In this document: positions 1 to 12,400 of the stretch, piece by piece
How the letters are laid out: the number at the start of each line of letters is the position of its first letter
Position numbering within the stretch: position 1 is the stretch's first letter
Origin: a virus
DNA length: 64,000 bases
Reading direction: 5' to 3' (one strand)
IMG/VR virus record: IMGVR_UViG_3300032249_000925
Coordinates: 1 to 64,000 of that record
Position numbers and translations under genes: made by a program
The notes under the pieces: generated by a model
What the model was told of the DNA's origin: nothing
The model's database searches: none
What the model saw: only the letters and a program-made list of their open reading frames with translations

Positions 1-1064
1 CCACCAGTAAAATCAATACCTGTATAACCAAAAACAGGTCCTGCAAAAGTAATATTTTCATTACTATTAGTAATACTAATAGCACTGCTTGAGTCTATTA
101 GTAGCGGAATAGTTATTTGATCAACTAATGTTTGATTAACAGTATTATTTATTTTACCAGTTACTTCACATTTATATGTGTTTGTAACCGTTGTACTATT
201 ATAGTCAGTATTAGCTACTGTATAACTACTAGCAGTAGCACCACTAATTAGATCAAAAGTACCTGTACTATTAGTTTGTTTATACCACTTATATGTAGGA
301 CCTACTATATTTTGAGCAGTAGTAGTTAATATAATATTTGTAGGAGTTATAGTAGTATCTACAGCTCTTTTAAATGTAACAGCACTATTATCTATACTAA
401 AAAATGCTGCGCTATAACCTTGCGTACTTTTACTTACCATTAGTGTTCTTTCAACAGTAAGTGTTGCCCAAGAATTTGTATAACTAGCGGTAAAAGTAAC
501 ACTACCAGTATCGCTAGTTAAACCAGTAACCGCATATATACCAGTAGCACTATTTATAGTTACAACTATACCACCAGTTTGACTACCAGATTTTATACCA
601 TAAGTTGGACCCTTACCAGTAATATCTTCGCTAAAACTATACATTTTAAACACGCCGGTAGCATTAGTAAAATCGGGATTAACCCCTAATACTTCACTTG
701 GCACATTAATAGGATCATTAGTTAAAAAACCATAAATACTGGTATTTTCATCATATACTGTTCCTGAATATTCTCTGGAATAGGTATAAGTTGTAAGATC
801 AATATTTGATATGTAAGCATATCTTACATAATAAGTTTTAAAAATATCTAAGTTAGGTATAATTATCGAGGCAGTAACTGGCCCATTATATACTAAATTA
901 GTAGAATCATTAGGAGTAAATCCAAGAGTAGTACTGCACCAAACTTTAATACCTATAAGATCAGATCTTGGTGTAGTATTATTCCAATCGGTGGGGGTAC
1001 CTACTTTTAGTATTAAACTTCTAAATCCACTTATTAACAAAGCAGTTGTTGGACTTCCTGCCAT
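1..1064 (-). CDS. Tail fibre/tail-tip accessory protein, Ser/Thr-rich beta-sandwich (runs off the left window edge)
   Basis: ATG at 1064 abuts the stop of the upstream gene; open frame MAGSPTTALLISGFRSLILKVG...; Ig-like YKWYK...YKCEVTG segment; follows the central tail protein. Confidence 0.7.
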   Translation of the reverse strand, partial: MAGSPTTALLISGFRSLILKVGTPTDWNNTTPRSDLIGIKVWCSTTLGFTPNDSTNLVYNGPVTASIIIPNLDIFKTYYVRYAYISNIDLTTYTYSREYSGTVYDENTSIYGFLTNDPINVPSEVLGVNPDFTNATGVFKMYSFSEDITGKGPTYGIKSGSQTGGIVVTINSATGIYAVTGLTSDTGSVTFTASYTNSWATLTVERTLMVSKSTQGYSAAFFSIDNSAVTFKRAVDTTITPTNIILTTTAQNIVGPTYKWYKQTNSTGTFDLISGATASSYTVANTDYNSTTVTNTYKCEVTGKINNTVNQTLVDQITIPLLIDSSSAISITNSNENITFAGPVFGYTGIDFTG

Positions 1065-4000
1065 TTATTCTTCTCCTGTATCTATACCACTTAGTGGCTC
1101 TTCAAAAATTGTTTTTAGTATAAAGCTACTAAGAATACTAGTATTACTTACATTATTATTATTGTCTACTGTTCTACAAGCTACTCTATACTGTACACCT
1201 ACATCAGAAAGTCTTGGCGTAGGAAAACTTAATAAATCTATTCTACCTACTCCACGACTTTCAATAGACTTAATAAGAGTTGGATTTACAATATCCCAAA
1301 AATCCCCTGTACCGGCATTTTTATATACTCTATATTCATAAGTTTTAAAATTAGGAGTATTATTAGTAGTAAAATTTTGAGGAGTAATTACTAAGTAGTG
1401 ACTTTCTAATGTAACTACTATATTAGGGGTGTTTAAAGTATTAATAACTTTTCCTTCAACTGTTCCAAATTTTGTATCGGACCAAGGTCCACAAATTGTA
1501 CCCTCTGCATTTGTATACCTAACTCTAAATTTATATCCACTAAGACTTTTTAATCCGTTAACCCGAAAACCGCCTTCTGATTTATCTACAGTAATTAAAT
1601 TTAAACTGCTATCTGAAAAATCAGAATTACTATCTATTAATTGTAGCTGTATTTTTTGAATAATAGATACTGTGGTATTATCACCATTACTAATTGCAAT
1701 TAATAATGTATTGGTATATACTCCACTTGAAATTTCGTCAGCTATTCTACTATCGCTTGTAACACTAATAACTACTGGTATTGTTGTAATTGTTTGTAAA
1801 GTTACAGGATTATTTGTTATGGTTATGTTTGGATTAAATACTGCGTTAGTAAAACCTTCACTATAAATATCTGGTGAGTAGTCAACTAATGTTAATTTAG
1901 CACTAGTATTATTAGTAGGCTCTACTGCAAGCACTATTAATTCCTGTGACTCTGTACCTTTACCACCTACAAGCTCACCTAGCATAAATAAATTATCTGT
2001 TTCAATACTAGTAGGTAGTGTTCCAGATACTAAAACACTTGTATAATAATCAGAAGTAGTAACAGCTAATAGGTTATACGTAAGAGAAGCATTACTATTT
2101 GTTCTAATTCTAATTATATAACTTTTAGCAGTTTCTAAATATAATTCTTCTGTTAATACAATAGTAGTATTTGTAGTTCCTGCTACTATTGATTTAATTC
2201 TACCAGTACCAGTACCCCATAGTGGTACATCGTGTGAAACTCTAACTAAATCACCACGAGTACACACTAAGTATTCAAAGTCTACATTAATTGTATATAT
2301 TTCAGGACGTAGTTTAAGTTGTGCATAATGCCATTTAGCTAAGTACTCTGCTTGAGCTTGATTAGTTACACCAGGTAGTGGTAATTCTTCATAGATTTTA
2401 GCAGTTGCAGCAGTTTTTGTTGAATTATAAACTAATAATTCATACGGCTGATATGCCTGAGTTTCGTTATTAATTGTAACTCTAAATGCATCAGGAAGTT
2501 TTGCTAATATTTTTGTAGATTCAAATCCCCAACTATTGTGTGGAGTAAAATGTTGTGTAACAACAGTTCTTGGTTTATCTACTACTACAGTCCATTTACC
2601 ATTTACCATACTAGGACTAGCTAAACCTGCTGCACAAATTTCTCGCAGTACATCCATAACACTTCTAACATTAGTTAGAACATTATTATAGGTTAAATTT
2701 TTAGTTTTACAAAAAGTATGCCAGGTTTGTAGCGCTGGCAAGTCTATATATGTGTTAACATCACTTTGAGCAATAGCGTACATATTAGCAGGATGTGTTA
2801 ATACATGCCTAAATAAACTAGCAGGATTGTTAATTTGTTGATCTGCTAACCATGCGCTACCTGTCCAGTCATATCCAAGTGTGCATACTAAGGCATTTAC
2901 TCCATCAACATTACCATTTACTCTATTAGTACTTTGCAATCTAATAGCAGTTTTTGCTAAACGGCAATCTTTTGGATTAACAGTAGGCGGGTTATTTGCA
3001 TTACTATATCCTGTAACAGTATATAAGTAAACTTTATTGTATTGAATCCAATCAGTTTCTTTATCGTCATTGCTGTCATCTAATCTACGTACTCTAACAT
3101 CGTAGTAGTCTAGTGGAAGATTTTCTATAGTATAACTAGTATTAAAAGCATTTTTACGATTTTGAAAAACGTCGTTGCCCCACTCAAGAGTAAGAGCAGT
3201 AGCTGGAATAGTATTAACAGATTTTGAGCCAATAATTCTAAAAACAACACTTGCTATTCCATCTGCAGAACTTGTGAAATTTGATGCTGTTATAGTTACA
3301 CTACTTGTACCCTTATTAAGGTATATTGTTTCACTAAATTCATTATAATAATTAAACTCACCACTAATTATATCCATTAAAGTTTTTCCATCTATAGATA
3401 TACTACCTTTAAAGGTTGTGCTAAAATATACTGTATGAATTCCTGATTCAGGAACAGTAAAATTTTGAGTATGAGTCCAATCTTGTAGGAGTGTTCCACT
3501 AGAATTAGTAACTGTGATTCCTGTAACAGTAAAACTATCGTCCCTACGATCATACGTAGTAGTTGAAGGTACTATATTTTGACCAGGATTAGCAACTAAT
3601 CCTCCAGGTGTATCACTACTTAAAAGAACAGTCTTTGTATTTGAGTAGGTACTACTTGTTCCTGTTAAATTACCCGTACTTATACTAAGAGTATAATTAG
3701 TAGCGCGAACATTTTTAACAAGTGCTTTTGTAGAACTTGGACGATTATCAAAAAGTATGCCTGAACTACCACCAGTTATTGTTAAATTTAATCCAGAATA
3801 AAGTGTTGGTCTTCTATCGTCTACTTCTTCTATTCCTACATAGCTTTGAATACAGATTCTGTATAAAGTTTCAAAACCTTGAGGTATTATAGGTAGTAGG
3901 GCATAATTGCTATTAAAATATGTTGCGCTGTTTAACGCATCAACTACAGTGCTGCTTGGAGGATTAAATTTATTTTCTGTTGGTGTTCCTTCAAAAACTC

Positions 4001-5549
4001 CAATAACATTACCAGTACCTATTGCAACTATATACCATTTAAACAAAGGTGTACCATCTATATCCGGTTCTAGTATTGTAGTATTAGTTGTAGCAGGTAC
4101 ACTATATCCATTAGTTACCCAAGTAGAACTGCTGGTTGCTTTATACTGTATTTCAACTTTAGCACTACTATTAGCTGAATTGCCGTCTTTTTTATTTATT
4201 TTACGTAAACCGCCAGGAAAGCTAAATGCTAATTCAATTTTTTCACACTTATCGGTAAGTGATACAGTTGTCCATGTAGTAACGGTGCCGCCAGGGTTAT
4301 CTAGTTCGCGTTGTTGTACAGATTGTGTTACATCACGACCATACATATTATTTAGTAAAGTTTCGTCTTCGCCAGGAAAACCATATACTGTAGTAGGTAA
4401 TTGTTGATTTACGTTTATACCACTACTTGTAGTACTATTAGCATAATATTCACTAATAGGTATTAAACCTACTTGATATTCACTAATAGCAAGTGGACCA
4501 AATCCCCAAGTTAGTAATAAATTAATAATACTAGTATCTTCTTTGCTTTCAATATATGGTTGAGCAGCTAACATTGCTGCCATTCGTACTCTACCTAATA
4601 CTACAGGTATTGATCCAAATCTGTTAGCTTGATTACTACTGCCGTTAAATAAACTTAATGACGTGCCTGACCCAGGATCATTAAGTTTAGGTTGTGTAAT
4701 TGGAGCAATTGCATTTATTAACAATGCTCCAGCAACTTGTACACCTGCTGTAATTACTGCGGTAGCTGTAGCTACCGCAGCTGCAGTAGGAGGTCCGCCG
4801 CCAGCAATCATTGATGCTGCAAGCTGACCACCATATGCTTGACCAAGTTGAACTGCAATATAAATAATTGCAATTGCTACAACTACACGAACAACATCTT
4901 TGCCAGCTACTATCCTATAGTTTATGACTTGACCTTTACTAACTGTAGTAGTTGTCCACAGGTCTCTAGGCACAGGAACACCATCTATAGTAATAACCAC
5001 TCTTTCCATTAGTCTGGTAGTAATATTATACTTTTTACTAATATATTCAACAATGTTTTGAATAGTGCTGCCAGGTATTTGCCATTCAGTCGATACTAGC
5101 TGTGTTTGTAGTGGATGTGGAGCACCAGTTAACTGCACAGATTTTTCTACATATCTGTAAGTACCTTCCAGTCTTCGATTCCATTTATAGCTATCTAGGG
5201 ATTCAATAACACTGTATTCGCCTTCGCGTATGTGTAAAAATTTTTGCTCGCCAATATAAATACCTACATGTACAGGTTCGCCTAAAATATTAAATACGCA
5301 AACATCTCCTAATTTAGGATCTGTTACTTGTTCCCAAGATTCTTTAAGCAAGGCATCTTTGGTTTGTGCAACTAAATCAATAATAGTAGAATTGTCTGGA
5401 TCGGTTCCCACATACTCTGTTGCAAGACTAGGTAATTGAATACCTAGTTCTTCACAATATACAAGTACAACTAAGCCCCAGCAATCTAGGCCTGATATAG
5501 TTCTACCATTAGCTAAATAGGGTAATCCAACGTATTTATTATGCCACAT
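1065..5549 (-). CDS. Central tail/host-specificity protein: NlpC/P60 (lambda gpK-like) + gpI-like + gpJ-like fusion
   Basis: N-terminal GLDCWGLV...HVGIY NlpC/P60 motifs; FGSIPVVLGR and NPASLFRHVL gpJ-like motifs; FN3-like YKFRVRY near the C-terminus. Confidence 0.8.
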   Translation of the reverse strand: MWHNKYVGLPYLANGRTISGLDCWGLVVLVYCEELGIQLPSLATEYVGTDPDNSTIIDLVAQTKDALLKESWEQVTDPKLGDVCVFNILGEPVHVGIYIGEQKFLHIREGEYSVIESLDSYKWNRRLEGTYRYVEKSVQLTGAPHPLQTQLVSTEWQIPGSTIQNIVEYISKKYNITTRLMERVVITIDGVPVPRDLWTTTTVSKGQVINYRIVAGKDVVRVVVAIAIIYIAVQLGQAYGGQLAASMIAGGGPPTAAAVATATAVITAGVQVAGALLINAIAPITQPKLNDPGSGTSLSLFNGSSNQANRFGSIPVVLGRVRMAAMLAAQPYIESKEDTSIINLLLTWGFGPLAISEYQVGLIPISEYYANSTTSSGINVNQQLPTTVYGFPGEDETLLNNMYGRDVTQSVQQRELDNPGGTVTTWTTVSLTDKCEKIELAFSFPGGLRKINKKDGNSANSSAKVEIQYKATSSSTWVTNGYSVPATTNTTILEPDIDGTPLFKWYIVAIGTGNVIGVFEGTPTENKFNPPSSTVVDALNSATYFNSNYALLPIIPQGFETLYRICIQSYVGIEEVDDRRPTLYSGLNLTITGGSSGILFDNRPSSTKALVKNVRATNYTLSISTGNLTGTSSTYSNTKTVLLSSDTPGGLVANPGQNIVPSTTTYDRRDDSFTVTGITVTNSSGTLLQDWTHTQNFTVPESGIHTVYFSTTFKGSISIDGKTLMDIISGEFNYYNEFSETIYLNKGTSSVTITASNFTSSADGIASVVFRIIGSKSVNTIPATALTLEWGNDVFQNRKNAFNTSYTIENLPLDYYDVRVRRLDDSNDDKETDWIQYNKVYLYTVTGYSNANNPPTVNPKDCRLAKTAIRLQSTNRVNGNVDGVNALVCTLGYDWTGSAWLADQQINNPASLFRHVLTHPANMYAIAQSDVNTYIDLPALQTWHTFCKTKNLTYNNVLTNVRSVMDVLREICAAGLASPSMVNGKWTVVVDKPRTVVTQHFTPHNSWGFESTKILAKLPDAFRVTINNETQAYQPYELLVYNSTKTAATAKIYEELPLPGVTNQAQAEYLAKWHYAQLKLRPEIYTINVDFEYLVCTRGDLVRVSHDVPLWGTGTGRIKSIVAGTTNTTIVLTEELYLETAKSYIIRIRTNSNASLTYNLLAVTTSDYYTSVLVSGTLPTSIETDNLFMLGELVGGKGTESQELIVLAVEPTNNTSAKLTLVDYSPDIYSEGFTNAVFNPNITITNNPVTLQTITTIPVVISVTSDSRIADEISSGVYTNTLLIAISNGDNTTVSIIQKIQLQLIDSNSDFSDSSLNLITVDKSEGGFRVNGLKSLSGYKFRVRYTNAEGTICGPWSDTKFGTVEGKVINTLNTPNIVVTLESHYLVITPQNFTTNNTPNFKTYEYRVYKNAGTGDFWDIVNPTLIKSIESRGVGRIDLLSFPTPRLSDVGVQYRVACRTVDNNNNVSNTSILSSFILKTIFEEPLSGIDTGEE

Positions 5550-6076
5550 TAAAATAATCCTGGAAAATATCTTGGAGTAAATCCATAAGCTGGAAAAGGT
5601 TCAGTATTGTAATTAATCATGCCCAGCTGAATTTGAATACTATCACTATTATATGTTGCGCTAGTAATGTAGAACCCTGGAAAACTAGCTTCTACTACAC
5701 TTGGGGTACTACTTAATACTAGTTCTATTAATATTTTTGTAGGTTCAGTTAAGTCACTGCGAATAATTTCAATAGCTTCTGGGGTAACAAAGTTAAATCT
5801 AATACTGCAACCACTAGTGCCGTCTTGAGCTTCGCTAGGCAATAAAACTTCCATAGGTAAAAATAAGTATTCGGCGCTGCCAGGGCCTATAACGCCGTAT
5901 ACTTTTTCTGCGTCTGTGGTTAAACTACTGATTTCTTGTGTAAAAGTATCACATAATCTTAATAAGGGTGTAGTGCCACCAGCAGGATTATAAATAGTTA
6001 CTAAGGTAATTAACGTTTCTTCTGTTTCTGAAGAATACATTGCTTTAATAGCATTTGAACTTAATACTCTGCTCAT
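5549..6076 (-). CDS. Tail tip protein (DUF1833/gpL-like)
   Basis: C-terminal EPFPAYGFTPRYFPGLF typical of DUF1833; lies between Dit and NlpC/P60. Confidence 0.7.
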   Translation of the reverse strand: MSRVLSSNAIKAMYSSETEETLITLVTIYNPAGGTTPLLRLCDTFTQEISSLTTDAEKVYGVIGPGSAEYLFLPMEVLLPSEAQDGTSGCSIRFNFVTPEAIEIIRSDLTEPTKILIELVLSSTPSVVEASFPGFYITSATYNSDSIQIQLGMINYNTEPFPAYGFTPRYFPGLF

Positions 6077-6441
6077 GGTAATACTTCTAAAACTAAGTCA
6101 ATGTTCCAAAAACCTGGCGCTAAGTAAGTTAATTTGTAAAACTCACTTTCACTTTGTGGCACAATGCGTACCTCTACATAAGTATTAGTACGCGGATGCA
6201 TAAACTTAAATCTAAAAACACCTTTAATAGTATCCTTAATAAAGGTGTTTATATGATCTACTTGTTTAGTAGTTAGTATAAAACTAACATCCATAGTATT
6301 AACACGTGCGCCACGACGCCGTTGTTTAGCAGGGCCTTTATCCATTGGCGAACGCAAAACATTAATACCAACAGATTCAGTAAAACCTTTTTGAGGATAC
6401 TGTGGAAAATTATCAGCAGTAGGCCAATTAGGTACAGCCAT
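6073..6441 (-). CDS. Distal tail protein (gpM/Dit-like)
   Basis: RSPMDKGPAKQRRR and F.F.HP motifs; directly downstream of the tape measure gene. Confidence 0.7.
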   Translation of the reverse strand: MAVPNWPTADNFPQYPQKGFTESVGINVLRSPMDKGPAKQRRRGARVNTMDVSFILTTKQVDHINTFIKDTIKGVFRFKFMHPRTNTYVEVRIVPQSESEFYKLTYLAPGFWNIDLVLEVLP

Positions 6442-6442
6442 A

Positions 6443-9400
6443 TTATCTCCTTGAAATTGCGGGTTTTGTGCCGTATGTAGCAGCTAAGGTTTGTTGTACA
6501 GAACTGCCTTTAGTGGCTAATTGTTGTGCGACCATATCGCCTACTGTTACCTCAATAGTACGATTACCGCGACTGTCTACATTTTCACGTGTTTGTGCTT
6601 GCTGTCCGCTATGGTTATTGACTATTACATTAACATTGCTGCCACTAGGTTCTGCACGAACACCTAGGTTACCATTTTGATCCCGCTTTAGGGGCATAAT
6701 AGCTTCAGGTCCTGCTTCGCCCATTAAGCCTATACCTTTTGCAAATTTAAACATTGTAGGTTGATTTACTATACTATTAGTAAACATACCGCCTTTGGCA
6801 AATTCATGAACTGGATAACCTTCGTCAAATGCGCCGCCTGCGGCAAATTTATTGCCGTAACCATCAAAAGCTGCTCCTTTAGCTGCTCGGCTATAAGTAT
6901 TCATACCGTATGTACCGCTAGAACCGGTAATAGTAGCTTCTGGACCACCAATAAAACTAGATACAAAAGCAGATCCTAAAGTAGATAAAAGATTACCTCC
7001 TCCACCAGATCTTACACCTTGATACATTGCTAAAGTTGCCTGCTTTACTTCCCAGCGTAAAATATCCATTAACATTGAGTCAATTAAACTCTTAAAGTCT
7101 AGCTTACCTGTTTTTACAAAGTTAGCAATTGCGTCACCTAGTGAGTCAAAGCCTCTTTCTAGCGCACCTAAGTAAGCTTCTGTTCTTGCACTGTATTGAT
7201 AGGTAGATTGAGTAATCTCGTCAGTACTATCTTTTGATCTCTTAGCTAGTCTTATTCTTGCTTCACCTTCAGTAGTAAAGCGTTTAACTCTTTCAGCACT
7301 TTGAGCATTTTCAGCAGCATCAGGTTTAGTGCCAGTAATTTCACGATAAGTATTAAGCTGACTTTTAAGTGTAGCTAATTTAGCTTGTGCATCAGCTAAT
7401 TCTTGGCCTTCTAATCCAGCTATGCTGTAGTTAAGAGTTTCTATTTGAGAAGTTAAATTAGTTTGTGTTTCTAGATTATCAGTCACAGCAATAACTGTAA
7501 CTAATCTTTCTTCTAGCCTTTGTTTGTCTTCTTTTAAGCGCAACATTGCTTGAGGATCTGCAGTTTTACTGTTTAAGGTATCTTGTATACTATTAAGTTC
7601 TGTTTGAAGCGCTGCTTGTTCTTCTAGTAAAGCTTTTTTCTTTCTATCAGGATCTAATACTATCTTACGTTTTTCTTGTGTGTCAGTTTCTTCTTTTACT
7701 TTTTTAGCAATTTCTTCTTGTATGGATTTAATTTGAGTTCTGTACCTAAGATCAGTTTCTGCAAATTGTTGTGATTTTTCAAAATCACGAACTTGTTGCT
7801 GACTTACTAATCCTTGATCTTGTAACACTTTAAATTTATTTCGGTTAAACTGTAGTGTTTCGCTTTCTAACTCTAAGCCTATGCTGCCTAGGGTATTTCT
7901 ATATTCTATTTTTGCATTTTCTTGTGCTGCTCTATTTGTAACTTCTTCTTGTGCTTGACGAATTTTTAATAAATATTTTTCTTGTAGTTGATTTTTATCA
8001 ATTATTTCTTTATTGATTAGTAATTCTTGTTTTCGTTTAATTAAACTAGCTTCTAAATCTTTATCTTTTGCTTTTGCAGCTTGTTGAATTGCAAATTCTT
8101 GATTTGAAATCTCTTGACTAAGTTTGCGTTGTTCGCGATTTAGTGCAACTTCTAAAGTTAATGTATCGTATCTTTGTTTTTCCGCTAATGTAGTTTTATC
8201 TAGATAATTTAAACCTTGTATGCTTAATGCAAGTTGATCCGCTTGTAAGCTTATCATTCTTTCTCTTAATGCTATAGTAGCTTCTTCTGTAGCAGCTAGT
8301 CTTTCACGTTTAGTTAGTTCTTTTTCAATAGGCTCTAGTATATCTTTTTGAGCTTTAGTTAGTTCTGCTAATGCTAATTTTGAATTTCTGGTGGCTAGAG
8401 CAGTAGCTTTTTGAGCATCTAATACTGAATTTGATACTTGTGCTTGTTGTTGCATTTGTTGAGTATCTTCTTGTAAATTAGTATTTTGAACAGTTTCAAA
8501 TGTTATACTCTGTGTATTTGATGCAGCTTTAGTAAGTGCAAATTCTTGTTCTTTTTCAGCCACAGCAACTACTTTTTTACGTTCAATTAATTCTTTTTGA
8601 ACAGCCGCAATAGTAGCATTTTGAGCTTGAGTTAATTCTACTTGTGCTGATTTTGAGTCTTCAATAGTTGCATTGATAGCATTTTTACCTTGTAATATTT
8701 GTGATTGTAGCTTTGTTTCTTGAATAACTGTAGGCTCAGGTTCTTTTTTAACTACACGTTTATTAGACTCATTTGCCTGTCTTTTAAATTTAGCAGTTTC
8801 TCTATCGGCATCTAAATCTGGATCTTTAAAAGCTATTTTATTAAGCTCACCTATTGCTTTAAATTGAGTAGCCATTTTTTCTAGCTTTTCATTAATGCCA
8901 CTAATAACATCTGAATACTCTTTATTAGCAGCGGCAATAGTTTTAGTATAATCAAGTTCGTTTTGTTTTTCTCTGTTTAAGCTTTCTTGATTTGTAAGAT
9001 ATTCTGCATCTAGCATATTTCTCTTACTAAAAAATGATAGTAAGTTACTATTTAAATTAATTCTTGCTTGCTCTTTTTCAAAAGCTGCTGTTTGTAATTT
9101 ATAATTGTTATTTAGTAATTCACGTTGTTCAAAATATTTATTAGTTATATTTTTAAGTGATTGATTAGTACCTACAAGTATTGTGTCTTCTTGTTGTCTT
9201 AGTTTAATTGCAGCTTGTTGTTTTTCAAGTTTTTCAACTTCTTTTTTTGCACTAACACCTTTGGCGACACTAATCTTATTTTCAATATCTAAGTCTTCTA
9301 TTTTTCGCTCTTTTGATTTGATTTCTTGCTCTGTTTGATTAATAGATTGTTGTGTTCGTTGGGTAGTATAGCCTAGAATACTACTTTCTATACTCGCTAT

Positions 9401-12400
9401 TTTTTGTTTTGTGTCTAAAACATCTTTGTCTAATTTTAATTGTTTACTTAAATCTTCTACTCTGCCGGCAGCTTGAGCAATATTACCACGAATTCCTTCT
9501 GCAGTAAAAGCTCCTTGTAATTGTATTCTATTTGCTTCTTGTGCTGCTACTCTTTGCTGTGCAGCTAAGGTTCTTGCATCTGCTCTAGCCTTTTCATCTT
9601 CGCTAAGTTGTTGAACTTCTGTTTTAGCAGGAACTAATAGTCTGCCGCCTTCTCGTTGTTCATTTGTAACTGTTATTGTAACTTTTTCAGGTGCACTAAC
9701 AATAGTTGATTTGTTTTTGCTAGCGTCTTTAGGTTCGCTGGCTTTAAGTTCGCTAACTTTAGATTCGCTGGCTTTAAGTTCGCTAACTTTAGGTTCGCTG
9801 GCTTTAGCTTTAGGTTGTGAAATGTTATCTAAAGTATCTCTAACCGCTTGAGCTATTCTAACTTCTGATCGTGCTGCATCACGTTCTGCTTGAGTACTGT
9901 CTTTTTTCTGTTCAACAATTAATGCTTGTGTTTTTGCACTGCTTAAATCAATGCTAGCTTTTAAACGTTCCTGACTTAAAATGAGTTGTATATTGGTATC
10001 AATAGCCCTCATCTGAATTTTAATTTCTTGCTGATTAAGTCCAGTTTCTTTTTTTGCACGCTCTTCACCACTTAGTGCACCTAGAGTGGCTTTGCCAATA
10101 GTAATAGCTGCCCTTTCACTGGCATTACCTAGAGCTTGATCAATTAATCTAGAACCTTCTGCAAATGCTGATTTTAAACCTTCTGTAAAAATACTTTTGG
10201 CTTGTTCTACTTTATCTCTAGGCAATAGCTCTAAATTTTGTTGTAATTTTTGTTTTGTACTTTGATTTTTTTCTAGTTCACCTTCAATTTCTCCAAGTCG
10301 TCTACTACGCTGAGGATTAAATCCTGGGCTACTTTTTTGTTGCTGTTTTAGTTCTAATTTTTCAGTATTTAAAGACTCTGCTGCTTTATCTAAATCTCTA
10401 ATACCTCGTTCTACACTATTAATGGCTGTTACTTGTTCTAAAAAACCCTCTTTAATATCTAAAAGTTTATTAGTAAAGTTTTCGCCAAAAAATATTCCTT
10501 TTTCAGGTGATTTTGCTAAATCAATCATGGCCGCAGTAGCCATATCAATACCATCTGTTTTAAAATCCATTATGGTTTGAGCATTTAACTGAATAGCTTT
10601 AGCTAAGCTAAATAGCGGATCTGTGTTAGCCGTACCTTGAATAAAGATTTCATATGCTTTAGTTACACCTTCACTGGTAGTCTTAAAAGCCTCAAGTTTA
10701 CTACTAGCATTACCTATATTTGCAGTTAATTTTTCTAAGGCTTCTTTGCCAAGTTCTTGACCTGATTCTGTTTTAAATAATTTTTCTAGGCTGCTTTTTG
10801 ATAGTGAATCAATGCCTAATTTTGCTTTTAATTCAATTTCTGCTTTATCGCTTGTGCTTACTCTTTTAAATAATTCTAAGGCTTTTAAGGTTTCTTCAGT
10901 TAATTTTTTTGCTAGTTTAGTACTTGCATCTTGACCTATAAACCCAGCAATAAAATCAATTGGTTTATCCCAATAAAAGTTCATTTTTTCTCTGGATTCT
11001 TTAGCAGTATCTACTAGCGTATTAAAGCTATCTTTTAGCTCTGTTATAGCATTTGAAGTTGCCTTAATTCCAGCACTAGTACTACTAAATATTGCAGGTT
11101 GTTTATTAATATAGTCTATTGTACGTGTAGCACTATTAATAACTTCATCTGCATTTTCTAAAGCATCAGTAAAAGCTTGAGCTTGTTTTGTATTGCTACT
11201 AAGAATTGGATCTAATACAGCAAAAGCTATTCCAATACCAGCTACCCAACCAATTATAGGTGATACAAAAGCTTCAAATAGTATACCTGCTTCAGTTACA
11301 AAGCTTATTATTCTTGCTAAAGTTTTAGTAACGAAACCATCAACTTTGCCTAAACTTTTACCTGCTGCTGCAACTGCCGCATCTGCTGCTTCTACAGCGG
11401 CACCTATGCCCTCTTTTTGCGTTTTTCCAGAAACCTGTGATAAAATATCTAGTTTTGTAGCCTTGCTACCTGCTTTTTCACTAAGTTTTTCTCTAGCGGT
11501 AGCACCTATATTAGTTTTTTCAATTGTTTCTATACTTTGTTGTTCTGCAGCCTTTAATTGTTCAACTTTTTTAATACGTAATTCTTCTTGTTTAATTAGA
11601 TTACTTAATATTACTTCTTCTTTTTCTAGTAGTAACATTCTGTCACGTTCTGCTTTAGTTATAGCCTGTGCACGTTTAGGATCTTTTGCTATATCGTCTA
11701 AAGCAATATACTCTCTGGTAATTCTATTTAAATCTTGTTTTGCTTTTTTAAGTTGCTCATCGCCTAAAGCTTGGTCAGGCTGTTTAGTAACTGCGGTATA
11801 AGTAGTAGTTCTAGTACGTTTACTAGTTTGTGAAAATTCTTCTCTGGCTTTTTGTGTTATTTTTTCTTGTAGTTCTAGTTCTTGTTTAAGAGCATCTACA
11901 TTAGAGCTTTTGTTAACACGAGACACTAAACTTTCACTAAATAGTGTATTAATATCTGCTGCTGCAGCTTTGGCTTTAGCTGCAGAATCTACTAAACCTT
12001 TTTGCCAGTCACCTAATGCAGGTAATGCCATACCAGTTAATTTTGCACCTATACCTACAATAGCTGCTGTAAGTAAGGTACTATTATTAGCAAATAGATT
12101 AGCAAAAGGAACAATAAACTTATTAGTAATTTCTAAAAAAGTTTGACCTAAATTTTTAAGTGAAGCTTCTAATTCTTTATAAGGATTTGCTGGCAGATTA
12201 ATATCGCCAAATTTATCTGAACCTTCTTTTAAAACAGCATTAGCAAATGCTTGGCGTCTTTCAAAATCAGTTAGTTGACTAGCAGCTTTACCTATTTTAC
12301 GAGCATATTCATCAGTAGCTGGACCAATTTTAGTAAATAAACCTAGTTCGTCTAGTAATTCAGGCTCTAGTTTAGTAATACCGCGACTTAATCTGCTTAG

